Below, in pieces: positions 30,517 through 41,519 of a stretch of DNA of 64,000 nucleotides. This DNA comes from a candidate division WOR-3 bacterium (GTDB taxonomy: Bacteria; Hydrothermota; Tepidihabitantia; SM23-42; JAOAFX01). Below the pieces are notes generated by a model. That model was not told the origin of the DNA and ran no database searches. It saw only the letters and a list, made by a program, of their open reading frames with translations. Both the position numbers and the translations under genes were made by a program. The stretch covers positions 1-64,000 of the forward strand of contig JBDRWI010000002.1 of NCBI GenBank assembly GCA_039802265.1, read 5' to 3'. Position 1 is the first letter of the stretch; every line of letters starts with the position of its first letter.

Positions 30517-30675
30517 TCATTCTTTCTTCTTTGTCTCAAGGTAGGTGCCGATAAGAAAACCCAAGACGATCAGAAAAAGAATCAGAATTGTGCGCCAGAA
30601 GCCGAAACATGCAAGGAATATCCCGATAATACCGGCAATTATTGCTCCGACTATACCTTTATTCATCTTACCCAT
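30517..30675 (-). CDS. Small membrane protein (DUF2273-like)
   Basis: GAIIAGIIGIFLACFGFWRTILILFLIVLGFLIG; promoter TTGACA-N16-TAAAAT at 30684-30711. Confidence 0.7.
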   Translation of the reverse strand: MGKMNKGIVGAIIAGIIGIFLACFGFWRTILILFLIVLGFLIGTYLETKKKE

Positions 30676-30722
30676 AACACTATATTTTATCCAGATTTTA
30701 TAAGGTGTCAATACAATAAAAA

Positions 30723-31820
30723 TCATCCAAAGAGCGAGGGGGCTGTCTTCAAAATAGTTTGATAGCGGAACGGATATTCTGTTTTAAGATTAATAACACC
30801 ACAGGGTGGACTTTTTGAGTTCGGACAAAAACGGAGACAATCACCGGAGCAATCAATGGGTATAAATTTGTTCTTCTCAATACGGATATGAACTGGATTT
30901 CTCCTTGAGCCCTCACAGGTTGGAATACCATTAGAATCATATTCTCTTCCCAGTTCCTGACAGACTGCATAGGTGAGTCCTTTTTCTTCTACCTTATTTT
31001 TAAACCACCTGTGGAATTTCTTCCTGGTGTCTATATCTACCATAAACCGTTTCCTGATAGAATCCGGATGATAATTATAATATTCAATTACCCTTTTGAT
31101 CCGGTCCTTAAACTTTGTTCTCTTTAAACTCAAAAGGAGGTTTTCCATTGAGATTTTGTTGAAATATCCGGTTGAGGCAATAATATGTTTTACCCCGGCA
31201 TTTTTGATCCTTTCAATCAACCAAAATAGGTCCGCCGGCTCAATAATCCCAAGAATTGTGGGGTCTGTGCGGCAGACAACCTCAATACCAAGATCAATCA
31301 AAAATTTCATTGCACCGAGACGCTCCTTAATCTTTGAGGCATTGGGACTAGTGATTACCTGCTTTTGGGGTGTCGTTTCTACGGTCATCTCCAAAAACCA
31401 GTATGGATAATTGATGAGTTCTGGAATTTCTTTAATCAATTCCCTAACTCCTTCAGCACATTTTGTGACCACGCGAAAACTTAATCTATATGAAATAATA
31501 ATCCTGATAATCTGAAAGGTTAGTTTTCTAATTTCAGAAATAGGCTGTAAGGGATCAGTAATCTGACTTAAATATAAGGGAAAGACAATCCTTAAGTTTT
31601 GTATTTCCATATTCAACTTATTGGGTAGATTTTGGTAAATTTTAATCTTATTTGGTTCAGACCACACATACGCCCGGGCATAGCATATCGGACAGGCGAA
31701 TATACAACCTCCGGAATTGGTGAGCGAAACAAGGGAGGTATGGGGACATTTTCTATTTTCTAATGAATAAGGAAAATCGTGGATTACCCTGCCCGATAGG
31801 TGTTTTATTTCAATTTCCAT
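30723..31820 (-). CDS. Radical SAM protein (SPL/DUF1848-like)
   Basis: GCIFACPICYA (CxxxCxxC), TDPLQP, RVVTK, RTDP; Cys-rich C-terminus. Confidence 0.8.
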   Translation of the reverse strand: MEIEIKHLSGRVIHDFPYSLENRKCPHTSLVSLTNSGGCIFACPICYARAYVWSEPNKIKIYQNLPNKLNMEIQNLRIVFPLYLSQITDPLQPISEIRKLTFQIIRIIISYRLSFRVVTKCAEGVRELIKEIPELINYPYWFLEMTVETTPQKQVITSPNASKIKERLGAMKFLIDLGIEVVCRTDPTILGIIEPADLFWLIERIKNAGVKHIIASTGYFNKISMENLLLSLKRTKFKDRIKRVIEYYNYHPDSIRKRFMVDIDTRKKFHRWFKNKVEEKGLTYAVCQELGREYDSNGIPTCEGSRRNPVHIRIEKNKFIPIDCSGDCLRFCPNSKSPPCGVINLKTEYPFRYQTILKTAPSLFG

Positions 31821-31899
31821 ATTTCAATATTATCAAATTTAGAGTTTTTTGCAATATCTTTCTGTTGACTTTTCGTCAAATGTTGTGTATTATTATTCA

Positions 31900-33855
31900 A
31901 TGCTTGTTATCTTTTTTTTAAGCGCAATTTTAATAAAGGCACAGGACCCACTGGGAAACGATGTCTCTGGTGACCATCAATTTGGCGAGGTAGATGAATT
32001 TTTAAAAAAGCCAATTGTGGTGCGTGTTTTTGACAAAGACAAAAAACCAAAGGTGAATGCCCAGGTTATTTTTTCTGTTTTATCTGAACCCGAAGAAAAT
32101 ATCATATCTAAAAAATTTATGGAGCTGGAACAGGAAACAACAAAAACGGACCGCGATGGCTACGCAAAAACCCGCGTTAAATTAGGTGGTACAAAGGGTA
32201 CTTATTATATAATTGCAAAATGCGAAAACGAAAGTCTGGTCTTCACTCAAATTGGGCTTGAAAAGAACTTTTTTTTATTTGTCATTTTTTCAATTATTGG
32301 TGGTCTCGGACTTTTCATCTTTGGTTTAAACTATGGGAGTAAGGGTCTGGTTCGCATGTTGGGTTCAAAAATGCGTGATATTCTCTTTACCTTTACCAGG
32401 AATAGGGTTGTTGCATTATTTACCGGTATCCTTGTTACAATAATACTCGGTTCAAGCACTGCCGCATCCGTTCTTTTAGTTCGTTTCGCCTCACTGGGGA
32501 TAATTAGCCTGACACCGGCTCTCGGAGTAATGCTGGGTGCAGACATTGGAACGACAATTGCCGTTCAATTACTTGCCTTTAAAATATTGGACTATGCCCT
32601 TTTGATTATTGCGGTGGGTGTCTTTTTAAGACTTCTATTTCCGACATTAAGAAACATCGCACAGTTTATCTTTGGTATCGGACTCTTATTTTTTTCTCTA
32701 AAGATTATGTCCGGACCGGTTAGTAGTTTAAAATATTTTCCAGGTTTAATTTCAGCCATCAATTATCTCAGCACTGTGCCCCTGATTGGTGTCTTGCTCG
32801 GTGCACTTTTTGCCTTTATTTTGCACTCCAGTGCTGCCGTGATTGGCGTGATTCTTGTGCTGGCATTTGAATCTCTAATTCCTTTGCCTTCAGCGATATC
32901 AATAGTTCTTGGGGCTAATCTTGGAACGACATTTACTACACTATTTATTTCTGATACTACAAGTGGAAAGCGCGTTGCCTCGGGTAATTTTTTCTTTAAA
33001 ATTATTGCCGTTTTAATATTCTTACCAATACTGAATTATGTGACCAAAATATTAGGAATTATCGGCGGTGATGTTGCTCGGCAGATTGCCAACTTTCATA
33101 CAATCTTTAATATCTGTATTGCCTTGCTCTTTTTACCTGTTCTTGAACCGATATCCCGGATTCTGGAAAAACTGATTGCGGAAACGAGAGAAGAGATTAT
33201 GCGCATAAAGCGACTTGACCCCGCCTTTCTTGCGACACCGGCGATTGCCCTTGGTCAAGCAACAAAGGAAATTCTACTTATGGCGGATACTACAATTAAA
33301 ATGCTGGAGGATTCACTGGTCGTGTTCAAAAATAAGGATATTGCCTTGAGAAAAAAGATTATGCAGACCGACGATGAAGTTGATAAATTTGAAGAACTTA
33401 TTACTCCTTATATCTCAAAAATTGAACACGATGATATGGATGAAAAGACAGGAAAGATGCAAAGAGTCCTGCTAACTGTTGTTACTGAACTTGAGCATAT
33501 CGGTGATATAATCTCCAAGAGTCTGATGGATTATGCAAAAAAACAAATTGATGGAGGTCTGGTTTTTTCCCAGGAGGGGGTTAATGAGATAACTGAGTTC
33601 CACCAATTTGTTTTGACAACATTGAGGATGGCAGTAAATAGCCTGGCAACACACAACCAGGAACTTGCTGCAAAAACAGCGGAAAGACGGGAAATGGGGC
33701 TTGAGGCTGTTAAAAGATATGAAACCAATCATTTACTGAGGTTGAGCAGGGGGTTAAAAGAAACCATTGAGACCTCAACAATCCATCTTGATATCTTAAG
33801 TGACCTTGAGCGGATAAACTTCCACGCTTCAGAGATCGGTAAGGCGCTATTATGA
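31900..33855 (+). CDS. Na/Pi cotransporter (NptA/YjbB-like) with N-terminal Ig-like domain and C-terminal PhoU domains
   Basis: GGLGLFIFG, LGSSTA, MLGADIGTT, LHSSAA, LGANLGTT, IANFHTIFN, ELEHIGD, DLERINFH; N-terminal TKTDRDGYAKT. Confidence 0.88.
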   Translation: MLVIFFLSAILIKAQDPLGNDVSGDHQFGEVDEFLKKPIVVRVFDKDKKPKVNAQVIFSVLSEPEENIISKKFMELEQETTKTDRDGYAKTRVKLGGTKGTYYIIAKCENESLVFTQIGLEKNFFLFVIFSIIGGLGLFIFGLNYGSKGLVRMLGSKMRDILFTFTRNRVVALFTGILVTIILGSSTAASVLLVRFASLGIISLTPALGVMLGADIGTTIAVQLLAFKILDYALLIIAVGVFLRLLFPTLRNIAQFIFGIGLLFFSLKIMSGPVSSLKYFPGLISAINYLSTVPLIGVLLGALFAFILHSSAAVIGVILVLAFESLIPLPSAISIVLGANLGTTFTTLFISDTTSGKRVASGNFFFKIIAVLIFLPILNYVTKILGIIGGDVARQIANFHTIFNICIALLFLPVLEPISRILEKLIAETREEIMRIKRLDPAFLATPAIALGQATKEILLMADTTIKMLEDSLVVFKNKDIALRKKIMQTDDEVDKFEELITPYISKIEHDDMDEKTGKMQRVLLTVVTELEHIGDIISKSLMDYAKKQIDGGLVFSQEGVNEITEFHQFVLTTLRMAVNSLATHNQELAAKTAERREMGLEAVKRYETNHLLRLSRGLKETIETSTIHLDILSDLERINFHASEIGKALL

Positions 33856-35756
33856 AAAGACACCAACTATTCTTCAGCGTTCTTTTACTGATTCTTGTGG
33901 GAATGTTCTTTATAATCATTATAAAAAGCAGTCAGAATGCAGTGCTGGAACTGTTTAAAAAGGAGGCCCGTGCTTTCCTTACGGTGGTAGCCCTCAGCCA
34001 GGAGAATTCCCTATTTGCTGAGGCAAACCTGGAAGGAATGATTATTGATAATCTCATAAATCTGATAAATGCTCTAAATGACATCGGTATTTCCCGTAAT
34101 AACCTTGAACAATTTTGCAAGAATTTTAATTTAAAATCAATGGTTGTTTTAAATTCCCGGACAAAAGGGATTGTTGCCCAGTCTGGCGACCCAATAGAAC
34201 TTGTAATAAAAAAGACCATCCCCGAAGATAAAATGTCATTCCACTATTTTACTTTTAGAGATGAAAAATTTATTCGTTTTATCTATAAAATTAAAAACTA
34301 CCTGATTCAGATTGAAATTTCCGCGGATGTAGTCAGAAAGTTCAGTCAGGAATTTGGAATCAGCAGAATTCTTAATGAATTAAGCGCAAGTCCTGCCGTT
34401 AAATATTTGGCACTTCAGGATACAAAAGGAATTATCCTCGCCTCACCCGGTGTAAAACAATTGACCAGAATTGAAAGTGATACATCTCTAATGAAGGTTA
34501 TAGCAGAAAAGACGGAATTGATAAGAATTGCTGATTTTGAAGGAGAAAAAATTCTTGAAATTGCTGAACCCTTTGTTGTTGATGGAAAAACACTCGGTAT
34601 TTTCCGTATCGGGATGAACTTAAATCTATACTATAATTATATTAGGACAAGCAATATTCAACTCTTTTCTATCTTTGCTATTTTATCCTTCACAATTCTC
34701 TTGTTGATTTTTCTTTATCTGAGATACGAAAGAACGTTTAATCTGACTGAGTTATTTTCAGGAATTCTCGGTACAATAGAGGAAGGTGTTCTCTTTATCG
34801 ATAGAAAGAAGAGAATTACCGGTGTAAATAGGAGATTCTGCAGTTTTGTTGGCACGAGCGAATCAAAGGTCCGGCAAAAAAATTATAAAGAGATTTTTGC
34901 TGATGATCCGTTTTCCATAGAAGATACCCTGCGCGATGGTACGACTATCGAAGAAGAGAAGAACCTCTTTGGGAAAATCTTGAGTTTCACAACCTATCCT
35001 GTCTTTGATTCAAAAAAGGAAATTACCGGTGTCATCACAATAGTCCGTGATATGACGCAAATCAGGGAAATTGAAAAAGAAAAAAGAGAAAGAGAGCATC
35101 TCCAATTTCTTGGTAATCTCGTTGCAAACTTTGCCCACGAAATAAAAAACCCATTGAACGGTTTGGCGATTGCGGTTCAGCGATTAAACAAAGAGTTCTC
35201 TTTTGAAGATCCGGAATATCGGTTGCTTATTTCTATCTTGGATAAAGAAATAGATTCATTGAATCGGGTGGTAAATGATTTCTTGAGTCTGGTGAGGCCT
35301 GTCATTAAAGAAAAGTGTATCTTCAATCTGAGTCAATTAATAAAGGATATTACTTTATTTATTCGGGAGCAGGCGCGAAAAAAAGGTGTAACAATAAGGG
35401 AGAATATTGAAGAAAATATAGAATTTTTAGGTAATGAGGGTGAAATCAAAAGGGCGGTTCTGAACATTATCTTAAATGCAATGGAGGCGGTCCCGGAAAT
35501 GACCGGTGAGATTAAAGTGAGTTTGAGAAAGGAAAAAAAGGGATTATTGATAGAAATTAAAGATAACGGTCCGGGTATCCCGCCGGAAATTCAAAAAAGA
35601 ATCTTTGAACCATATTTTACAACTCGTACGGGCGGCACGGGTCTGGGACTTTATATTGCCCACAGAATAATAAAAGACCACGATGGGATTATCATGGTTG
35701 GAAGCACTCCCGAGCAAGGCTCGACATTCACAATCAATCTGCCCTGCAGAGATTGA
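33852..35756 (+). CDS. Membrane sensor histidine kinase with PAS domain (NtrB/ZraS-like)
   Basis: Two TMs; FAHEIKNPL, NIILNAMEA, DNGPGI, FEPYFTT, GTGLGL. Confidence 0.93.
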   Translation: MKRHQLFFSVLLLILVGMFFIIIIKSSQNAVLELFKKEARAFLTVVALSQENSLFAEANLEGMIIDNLINLINALNDIGISRNNLEQFCKNFNLKSMVVLNSRTKGIVAQSGDPIELVIKKTIPEDKMSFHYFTFRDEKFIRFIYKIKNYLIQIEISADVVRKFSQEFGISRILNELSASPAVKYLALQDTKGIILASPGVKQLTRIESDTSLMKVIAEKTELIRIADFEGEKILEIAEPFVVDGKTLGIFRIGMNLNLYYNYIRTSNIQLFSIFAILSFTILLLIFLYLRYERTFNLTELFSGILGTIEEGVLFIDRKKRITGVNRRFCSFVGTSESKVRQKNYKEIFADDPFSIEDTLRDGTTIEEEKNLFGKILSFTTYPVFDSKKEITGVITIVRDMTQIREIEKEKREREHLQFLGNLVANFAHEIKNPLNGLAIAVQRLNKEFSFEDPEYRLLISILDKEIDSLNRVVNDFLSLVRPVIKEKCIFNLSQLIKDITLFIREQARKKGVTIRENIEENIEFLGNEGEIKRAVLNIILNAMEAVPEMTGEIKVSLRKEKKGLLIEIKDNGPGIPPEIQKRIFEPYFTTRTGGTGLGLYIAHRIIKDHDGIIMVGSTPEQGSTFTINLPCRD

Positions 35757-35820
35757 TTCTTTGATAGATTGACTTTTCCGAAATTATATGTAGAATTATA
35801 ATGGCTAACAAAGGAGCCCA

Positions 35821-37185
35821 ATGCTGAATAAAAAAGAAATGAAAGAACTAATTGAATTAGCGTTAAGGGTCTCGTCTGCTGAACAAACTGAAATAGTCAT
35901 ACATGAATTTGACTCAGCACTAACAAGATTTGCCAATAATTATATACATCAAAATGTGTATGAAGGTAACACGGTTGTCTCGGTAAGAGCCATATTTGGA
36001 AAGAAAATCGGCGCCGCAAGCACCAATTCCCTTTTACCACAAAAGATAAAAGAGACTGTAAAATGGGCAGAACGGATAGCACGATACCAGGTGGAAAACA
36101 CCAAGTTTGTGTCTTTGATTAAAACTTTACCTAAACAATACCATCCGGTTTCTCCCCGTGTAAGATATTATGCATCAATAACTCCCCAGAAAAGGGCGGA
36201 GGCTGTAAGAGATATCATTGAGGTGGCGAAGAAACATGGGCTTACTGCCTTTGGTTCGGTATCAAATGGTTGGTCAACCATTACTATTGGCAATTCACTG
36301 GGGACATTTGCCTATTATAAATCCGGTGATGTCTTCTGTAATATCGTTATGTCGGGTAAAGATTCTACTGGTTATGTCCAGGCTGGTGCAAAAAGTTTAA
36401 ATGAGTTAAACTTTGTCAAACTCGCCGAGGTTGCTGCAAAGAAGGCAATCAAATCAGCCGATCCAATAGAGATTGAACCGAAGAGTTATACAACTATCTT
36501 TGAACCACTGGCGGTGGCCGATTTTATGGATTACCTTGCGGTCTATGCCTTTAACGGAAAAGCATTTGAAGAAGGACGTTCTTACCTCGCGGGACGACTC
36601 GGAACCAAGATTGTTGATGAACGAATAACTATTGTTGATGACCCTTTCAATATAAAGGGTTTCCCGTTTCCATTTGACTTTGAGGGAATTCCTAAAAATA
36701 AATTGGTTCTAATTGAAAAGGGCGTTGCCCAAAATGTTGTCTATGATTCCTTAACTGCGGCTTCGGTTGGCAAGAAGACAACCGGACACGCACTCACCTA
36801 TCCAAACCCATTCGGTCCTATTCCTTTGCATCTGGTAATGAACAGGGGAGATACGGAAATAGATGATATAATTTCAAATACAAAAAAGGGGATTTTAGTG
36901 ACGCGACTCCATTATACAAATGTTATTGACCCCTATCGAATTGTCTTTACTGGTATGACCAGGGATGGCACATTTCTCATTGAGGATGGTACAATAACTA
37001 AGGGAATAAAAAATCTCCGATTTACCGAGAATTTATTTGAGGTCCTGAATCGGGTTGAATCAATATCTAAGAATCTGGAACTGGTTGCCCGGGAACCCGG
37101 CTATGGTAGCCGTTTCAGCCAGGGAACAATTGTCCCCACCATCAAAATTAGAGATTTTACCTTTACCAGTAAAACCCAGTACTAA
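35821..37185 (+). CDS. TldD/PmbA family protein (TldE-like)
   Basis: TRFANNYIHQN, FDFEGIPK, TTGHA, TGMTRDGTFLIEDG, NLRFTE. Confidence 0.85.
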   Translation: MLNKKEMKELIELALRVSSAEQTEIVIHEFDSALTRFANNYIHQNVYEGNTVVSVRAIFGKKIGAASTNSLLPQKIKETVKWAERIARYQVENTKFVSLIKTLPKQYHPVSPRVRYYASITPQKRAEAVRDIIEVAKKHGLTAFGSVSNGWSTITIGNSLGTFAYYKSGDVFCNIVMSGKDSTGYVQAGAKSLNELNFVKLAEVAAKKAIKSADPIEIEPKSYTTIFEPLAVADFMDYLAVYAFNGKAFEEGRSYLAGRLGTKIVDERITIVDDPFNIKGFPFPFDFEGIPKNKLVLIEKGVAQNVVYDSLTAASVGKKTTGHALTYPNPFGPIPLHLVMNRGDTEIDDIISNTKKGILVTRLHYTNVIDPYRIVFTGMTRDGTFLIEDGTITKGIKNLRFTENLFEVLNRVESISKNLELVAREPGYGSRFSQGTIVPTIKIRDFTFTSKTQY

Positions 37186-37203
37186 AACCGACTGCTAAAG
37201 GGA

Positions 37204-38064
37204 ATGCACTATATTAAGTTGTTAAGGCCTGAACAATGGATTAAGAATGTCTTCCTTTTCGCCGGGCTTGTCTTCAGCCGCGAATTCAAAAATCCAGTAA
37301 GTATCTATACAAGTATCTTATCTTTCTTTATCTTCTGTCTTTTAAGTAGCAGTGGTTATATTCTCAACGATATTCTTGATTACAAGGTTGACCGGATGTT
37401 ACCGGCGAAGTCAAAAAGGCCGCTCGCCTCAGGAAAAGTGACGCCAGTTACTGCATTTTATTATTTTCTGGGAGTATGTGCTACAGGAATTATTCTTGCT
37501 ACAAAAATAAATACCAATTTCTTTTATATCAGCATTCTCTATCTCATATCATCATTCCTCTATAGTCTTGGTGTAAAATATCTGGTGATTCTTGATGTTT
37601 TTTTTGTCGCAATTGGCTATGTCCTGAGGGCAGTGGCTGGAGCAATTGCAATAAATGTTCAGATATCATCTTGGCTCGTTGTATGCACTTTTTTACTTGC
37701 CCTGTTTATTGTCTTAACAAAAAGAAAGGCAGAACTTATAACCTTGGGCGAAAGTGCCTCCAATCACCGTTATGTGCTTGCTCATTATTCGGTAGGATTA
37801 TTAAATCAATTGTGCACAATTTCCACTACTGCCTGCATTGTTTCTTATTGTATCTATACCATTTCTCCGGAGACTACCACAAAATTCCATACCCGAAATT
37901 TAATGTTTACAATCCCTTTTGTGATATATGGCTTATTTCGTTATCTATATCTCGTTGAAAGAAAATCCGGATTAGAAATGCCAAGCCGGGCAATAATCTC
38001 CGATATACCATTGTTGCTATCCGTTATTCTGTGGGGTGTGATAAGCATAATAATTTTAATGTAG
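37204..38064 (+). CDS. UbiA-family decaprenyl-phosphate phosphoribosyltransferase-like protein
   Basis: [43 protein letters not shown]. Confidence 0.88.
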   Translation: MHYIKLLRPEQWIKNVFLFAGLVFSREFKNPVSIYTSILSFFIFCLLSSSGYILNDILDYKVDRMLPAKSKRPLASGKVTPVTAFYYFLGVCATGIILATKINTNFFYISILYLISSFLYSLGVKYLVILDVFFVAIGYVLRAVAGAIAINVQISSWLVVCTFLLALFIVLTKRKAELITLGESASNHRYVLAHYSVGLLNQLCTISTTACIVSYCIYTISPETTTKFHTRNLMFTIPFVIYGLFRYLYLVERKSGLEMPSRAIISDIPLLLSVILWGVISIIILM

Positions 38065-38426
38065 CAAAAATTTAAATGTTGATTTTTTATCTATTGAATT
38101 GCGGTGGGTAGGTAAATAATTCCCCATATTGTTTCTGACAAACCGTCCATCCTTCAATACGGTGATAGATATTCAATTCACCACTTCTTTAACTCGGCAA
38201 CCGAGGGTGAAAAGGATTAGATTGCTGTTAGATTTTCCCGAAAGAATGGGATTGTATCAGGGGGGTATAATAGCTATGTTTCCAGCAGCACTATGGTTGA
38301 GAATGTCGCATTTCTGGTCATTATATGGCAAATATTTAATCAGGGAACAGGCAAAGTATAAAAACGGTGCCGAATCCGGGTGGTCTGAAAATCTGGATTC
38401 AATAAGTGAATTTCCAAAAAGGAATA

Positions 38427-38498
38427 AGCGGGAGACGGGATTTGAACCCGCGACCCTCACCTTGGCAAGGTGATGCTCCACCACTGAGCTACTCCCGC
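38427..38498 (-). tRNA. tRNA-Gly(GCC)
   Basis: Acceptor GCGGGAG/CTCCCGC, anticodon arm TCACC-TTGCCAA-GGTGA; promoter at 38514-38541 on the minus strand. Confidence 0.96.
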
Positions 38499-38537
38499 AG
38501 GTTTATTAAATCAATTATATCCAAAAAAACAAAGGAG

Positions 38538-39692
38538 TCAATAGATTACATCGAATCCTAAACATTTCAAGACATTTAAAAGTTCAACAGCCGGATTCGG
38601 AGGTTCAAATTTTACCTGATGACTACCAAATTCGTGACGAACGGGGTAGTTTCTGCGGAGAGATTCAAAAAGGGTAGATATTTTAGTTTGGTCTATTTTT
38701 AGAATTTTGCGCATTATGCGGTCGTCATTTAACGGATTATATGCCTTGAAGATCGCCTCGGATAAGACTTCCCATCTATTGCGATAACCGTCCTTGACAG
38801 TTACTTTTATTTTCGCGGGCGATAAAATTTGACTTACTGAGATCCTTTCTTTTCGGTTTAGTAATTGACATAATCTTTTGTAGACCATCATCGTACCCCG
38901 CAATTTGCCTTCAATAGAGTAACCAGCAATGTGCGGGGTAGCGATATCAGCGACCTTTAATAAATCAGTATTTATATTTGGTTCATTCTCCCAGACATCA
39001 AGGATTAGTCCGCCTAATTTCCCTGTAAATCTTAAGAGTGCCTTTTCATCAATCACACTGCCCCTTGCTGTATTAATAAGGATAGTGCCGGGGTTTAACT
39101 TTTTTAGAAATTCTTCATCTACCATATGATAGGTTTTGTATTTCCCTGTAAATGTTAAAGGAACATGGAGTGTGATAATATCCGCCTCTTTTGGATTTAT
39201 TAATGAAATAAATTTTTTGTCCTTTGTTCGGTTAAATTTTGGTGGGTCGTTTAGCAAGAATTTTATTCCCAGGCATGTACATATCCGGGCGACCCGCTTT
39301 CCCACATTACCAACGCCAATTATGCCGATGGTCTTTTTATCCATGCAAAAATTCTTTTTTTGTGAAAGGATAATAAGTGCGGCAAGGACATATTCCGCAA
39401 CCGAATTGGCATTACAGCCCGGGGCATAGACTAATTTTATACCGTTTTTACGTAGATAATTTCGGTCGATATGGTCAATGCCGCTGGTCACTGAGCCGAC
39501 AAATTTTATTCTTGTATTTTTGAGCAAATTGCTATTTACCTTGACCACACTCCGCACTAAAAGGACATCAAATTCTTTTATATTTTGGGGGATGATTTGT
39601 GAGGCGGGTATGGTAGTAATTTCTCCTAAGCTGGAGAAGACCTCTCGGACATAAGTAATTTCTTCATCAGCGATGATTTTCAATCTTTTCAT
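38538..39692 (-). CDS. pdxB: 4-phosphoerythronate dehydrogenase
   Basis: LLVRSV, APGCNANSVAEY, GVGNVG, DPP, LHVPLT, LDVWENEP, TPHIAGYS. Confidence 0.88.
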   Translation of the reverse strand: MKRLKIIADEEITYVREVFSSLGEITTIPASQIIPQNIKEFDVLLVRSVVKVNSNLLKNTRIKFVGSVTSGIDHIDRNYLRKNGIKLVYAPGCNANSVAEYVLAALIILSQKKNFCMDKKTIGIIGVGNVGKRVARICTCLGIKFLLNDPPKFNRTKDKKFISLINPKEADIITLHVPLTFTGKYKTYHMVDEEFLKKLNPGTILINTARGSVIDEKALLRFTGKLGGLILDVWENEPNINTDLLKVADIATPHIAGYSIEGKLRGTMMVYKRLCQLLNRKERISVSQILSPAKIKVTVKDGYRNRWEVLSEAIFKAYNPLNDDRIMRKILKIDQTKISTLFESLRRNYPVRHEFGSHQVKFEPPNPAVELLNVLKCLGFDVIY

Positions 39693-39775
39693 CCGAAATT
39701 ATTATATGCGGATTGAAATAAAATTCAAGCATATACGATTATTGACTCCATTCTATCTTTGGATATAATTTCAAT

Positions 39776-40825
39776 ATGGGAATTAAGTGCCGAAGGTATA
39801 ATGTGGCAATATTGGGATTCGGCAGGGTTGCTGGGGCATTTTTGCGCCATTATTTAAATATCAGAAAAAAAATTTTACAAGAACACAACTTTGATTTGAA
39901 TTTTATTGGAATCTGTGATTCTTCAAGTTTTATTGTGGATAAAAATTTGGCAATTCAAAAATTACTCAATCAGAAGCTTAAAGGTATCCGGCTGGGGTAT
40001 ACAACCCCAATACCCTTGAAACAACTTTGGATGGCACTCAAAAAAGAGAAGTTGGATATTATTATTGATGCCCTCCCCGGTTCAAGGTTTGATGCCGGGA
40101 TGAGTTATCCGTTACTAATTGAGGCATTGAAGATGAAGATCAATTTAATTCTTGCCAATAAGTCCCCGCTTGTCTTTAAAGGAAGTGAGATTCTAAAAAT
40201 TGCCGAGGAAAAGGGGTGTTATCTTGGAATTAGCGCCACAGTTGGTGGTGCCATACCCACATGTGGGATTGTACTCAATGAATTGATCGGGGCTGAAATA
40301 TATAAGGTTCGTGGGGTTTTAAACGGAACGAGCAATTTTGTCCTTGATAAAATCATGTTTGAATCCAAATCTAAATTATCAGCAATAAGGGAAGCAGTTA
40401 ATCTTGGAATAGCCGAACCCGACTACCGTTTTGACCTTGAGGGTCTGGATACCTGTTACAAGATGATTATCCTTGGACTTCTGATCACCAAACGGTGCAT
40501 GAATTCCAATTCAGTCAGATGTTGTGGTATTCTAAATATGGAAGAAAAAGAAATTTTGACAAGCGTGCGCCGGGGTAAGGTAGTTCGTCTTATCGGCAAT
40601 CTGAGTATAAAAAACAAAAACCCTTTGATTACAGTTGCACCTGAAATTCTCGATAAGAATGACCCATTGTATGGTGTCAGTGGAGCAAATAAGGGTGTTA
40701 CTTTCTATACGAAATATATGGGTGAGTTCACGGTAATTGGTGGGGCATCAGGTTTAAACTCAATTGCGGCAACCATAATGAAGGATATTATTAATCTTGA
40801 CAGATTCTGTCAAAGGCAAAAATGA
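39776..40825 (+). CDS. hom: Homoserine dehydrogenase (no ACT domain)
   Basis: LGFGRV, ANKSP, ATVGGAIP, GVLNGTSNF, GIAEPD..DLEGLD..K. Confidence 0.82.
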   Translation: MGIKCRRYNVAILGFGRVAGAFLRHYLNIRKKILQEHNFDLNFIGICDSSSFIVDKNLAIQKLLNQKLKGIRLGYTTPIPLKQLWMALKKEKLDIIIDALPGSRFDAGMSYPLLIEALKMKINLILANKSPLVFKGSEILKIAEEKGCYLGISATVGGAIPTCGIVLNELIGAEIYKVRGVLNGTSNFVLDKIMFESKSKLSAIREAVNLGIAEPDYRFDLEGLDTCYKMIILGLLITKRCMNSNSVRCCGILNMEEKEILTSVRRGKVVRLIGNLSIKNKNPLITVAPEILDKNDPLYGVSGANKGVTFYTKYMGEFTVIGGASGLNSIAATIMKDIINLDRFCQRQK

Positions 40826-41466
40826 AGATAATCGGCATTACCGATATTCACGGTCGGGCAAATATTCCCAAGGCCGTTGCACAGGCACTGGCTGAAACTG
40901 ACTTAATACTCATTGCCGGTGATATAACTAATTTTGGCGGAAAAGAGGAAACAAAAATAGTAATGAATGCAATGAGAAATTTTAATGAAAAAATTCTTGC
41001 GGTTCCGGGGAATTGTGACCATCAGGAGGTGATTGAGGAATTAAAATCCGAAGGGATAAATCTTCACGGTGAGATAAGAAGAATAGATACTATGGTAGTT
41101 TTTGGAATAGGTGGAAGTGGTTACACGCCATTCAATACACCCCAGGAGTATTCTGATTCTGAAATAGAAAGGATACTTGAAATATTTAAAAAAGAGAAGA
41201 CCGATTCAATCAAAATACTCGTTAGCCACTCACCGCCGCTGGGGACATCAACCGACCGCACAATGCTCGGGATACATGCAGGTAATGGTGTAATTCGTAA
41301 ATTCATAACTGATTATCAGCCTGACCTCTGTCTTTGCGGACATATCCACGAGGCAAGGGGAACGGACAAAATTGGCAAGACAATCATCATCAACCCAGGA
41401 CCATTTCCAAAATTCTATGTTGAAATTGAAATAACGGATAAAATTCATTTTTCGCTCAAGGCATAG
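40822..41466 (+). CDS. Calcineurin-like metallophosphoesterase
   Basis: TDIHG, AGDIT, PGNCD, HSPP, CGHIHE, INPG. Confidence 0.9.
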   Translation: MKIIGITDIHGRANIPKAVAQALAETDLILIAGDITNFGGKEETKIVMNAMRNFNEKILAVPGNCDHQEVIEELKSEGINLHGEIRRIDTMVVFGIGGSGYTPFNTPQEYSDSEIERILEIFKKEKTDSIKILVSHSPPLGTSTDRTMLGIHAGNGVIRKFITDYQPDLCLCGHIHEARGTDKIGKTIIINPGPFPKFYVEIEITDKIHFSLKA

Positions 41467-41519
41467 GTAATATTCGGAAGTGCTATTGACATTCCTTTAT
41501 TTTTCTATATAATTTTGCT

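Noticed and set aside
38065..38426. Gene or island remnant downstream of tRNA-Gly (ORFs 38129-38473 and 38257-38484)
   Set aside because: Both ORFs run through the tRNA and lack recognisable motifs; faint CTD-like words on the minus strand are too weak to call.
41467..41519. glmS ribozyme
   Set aside because: The intergenic region is only ~50 nt and the promoter ends 6 nt before the ATG.
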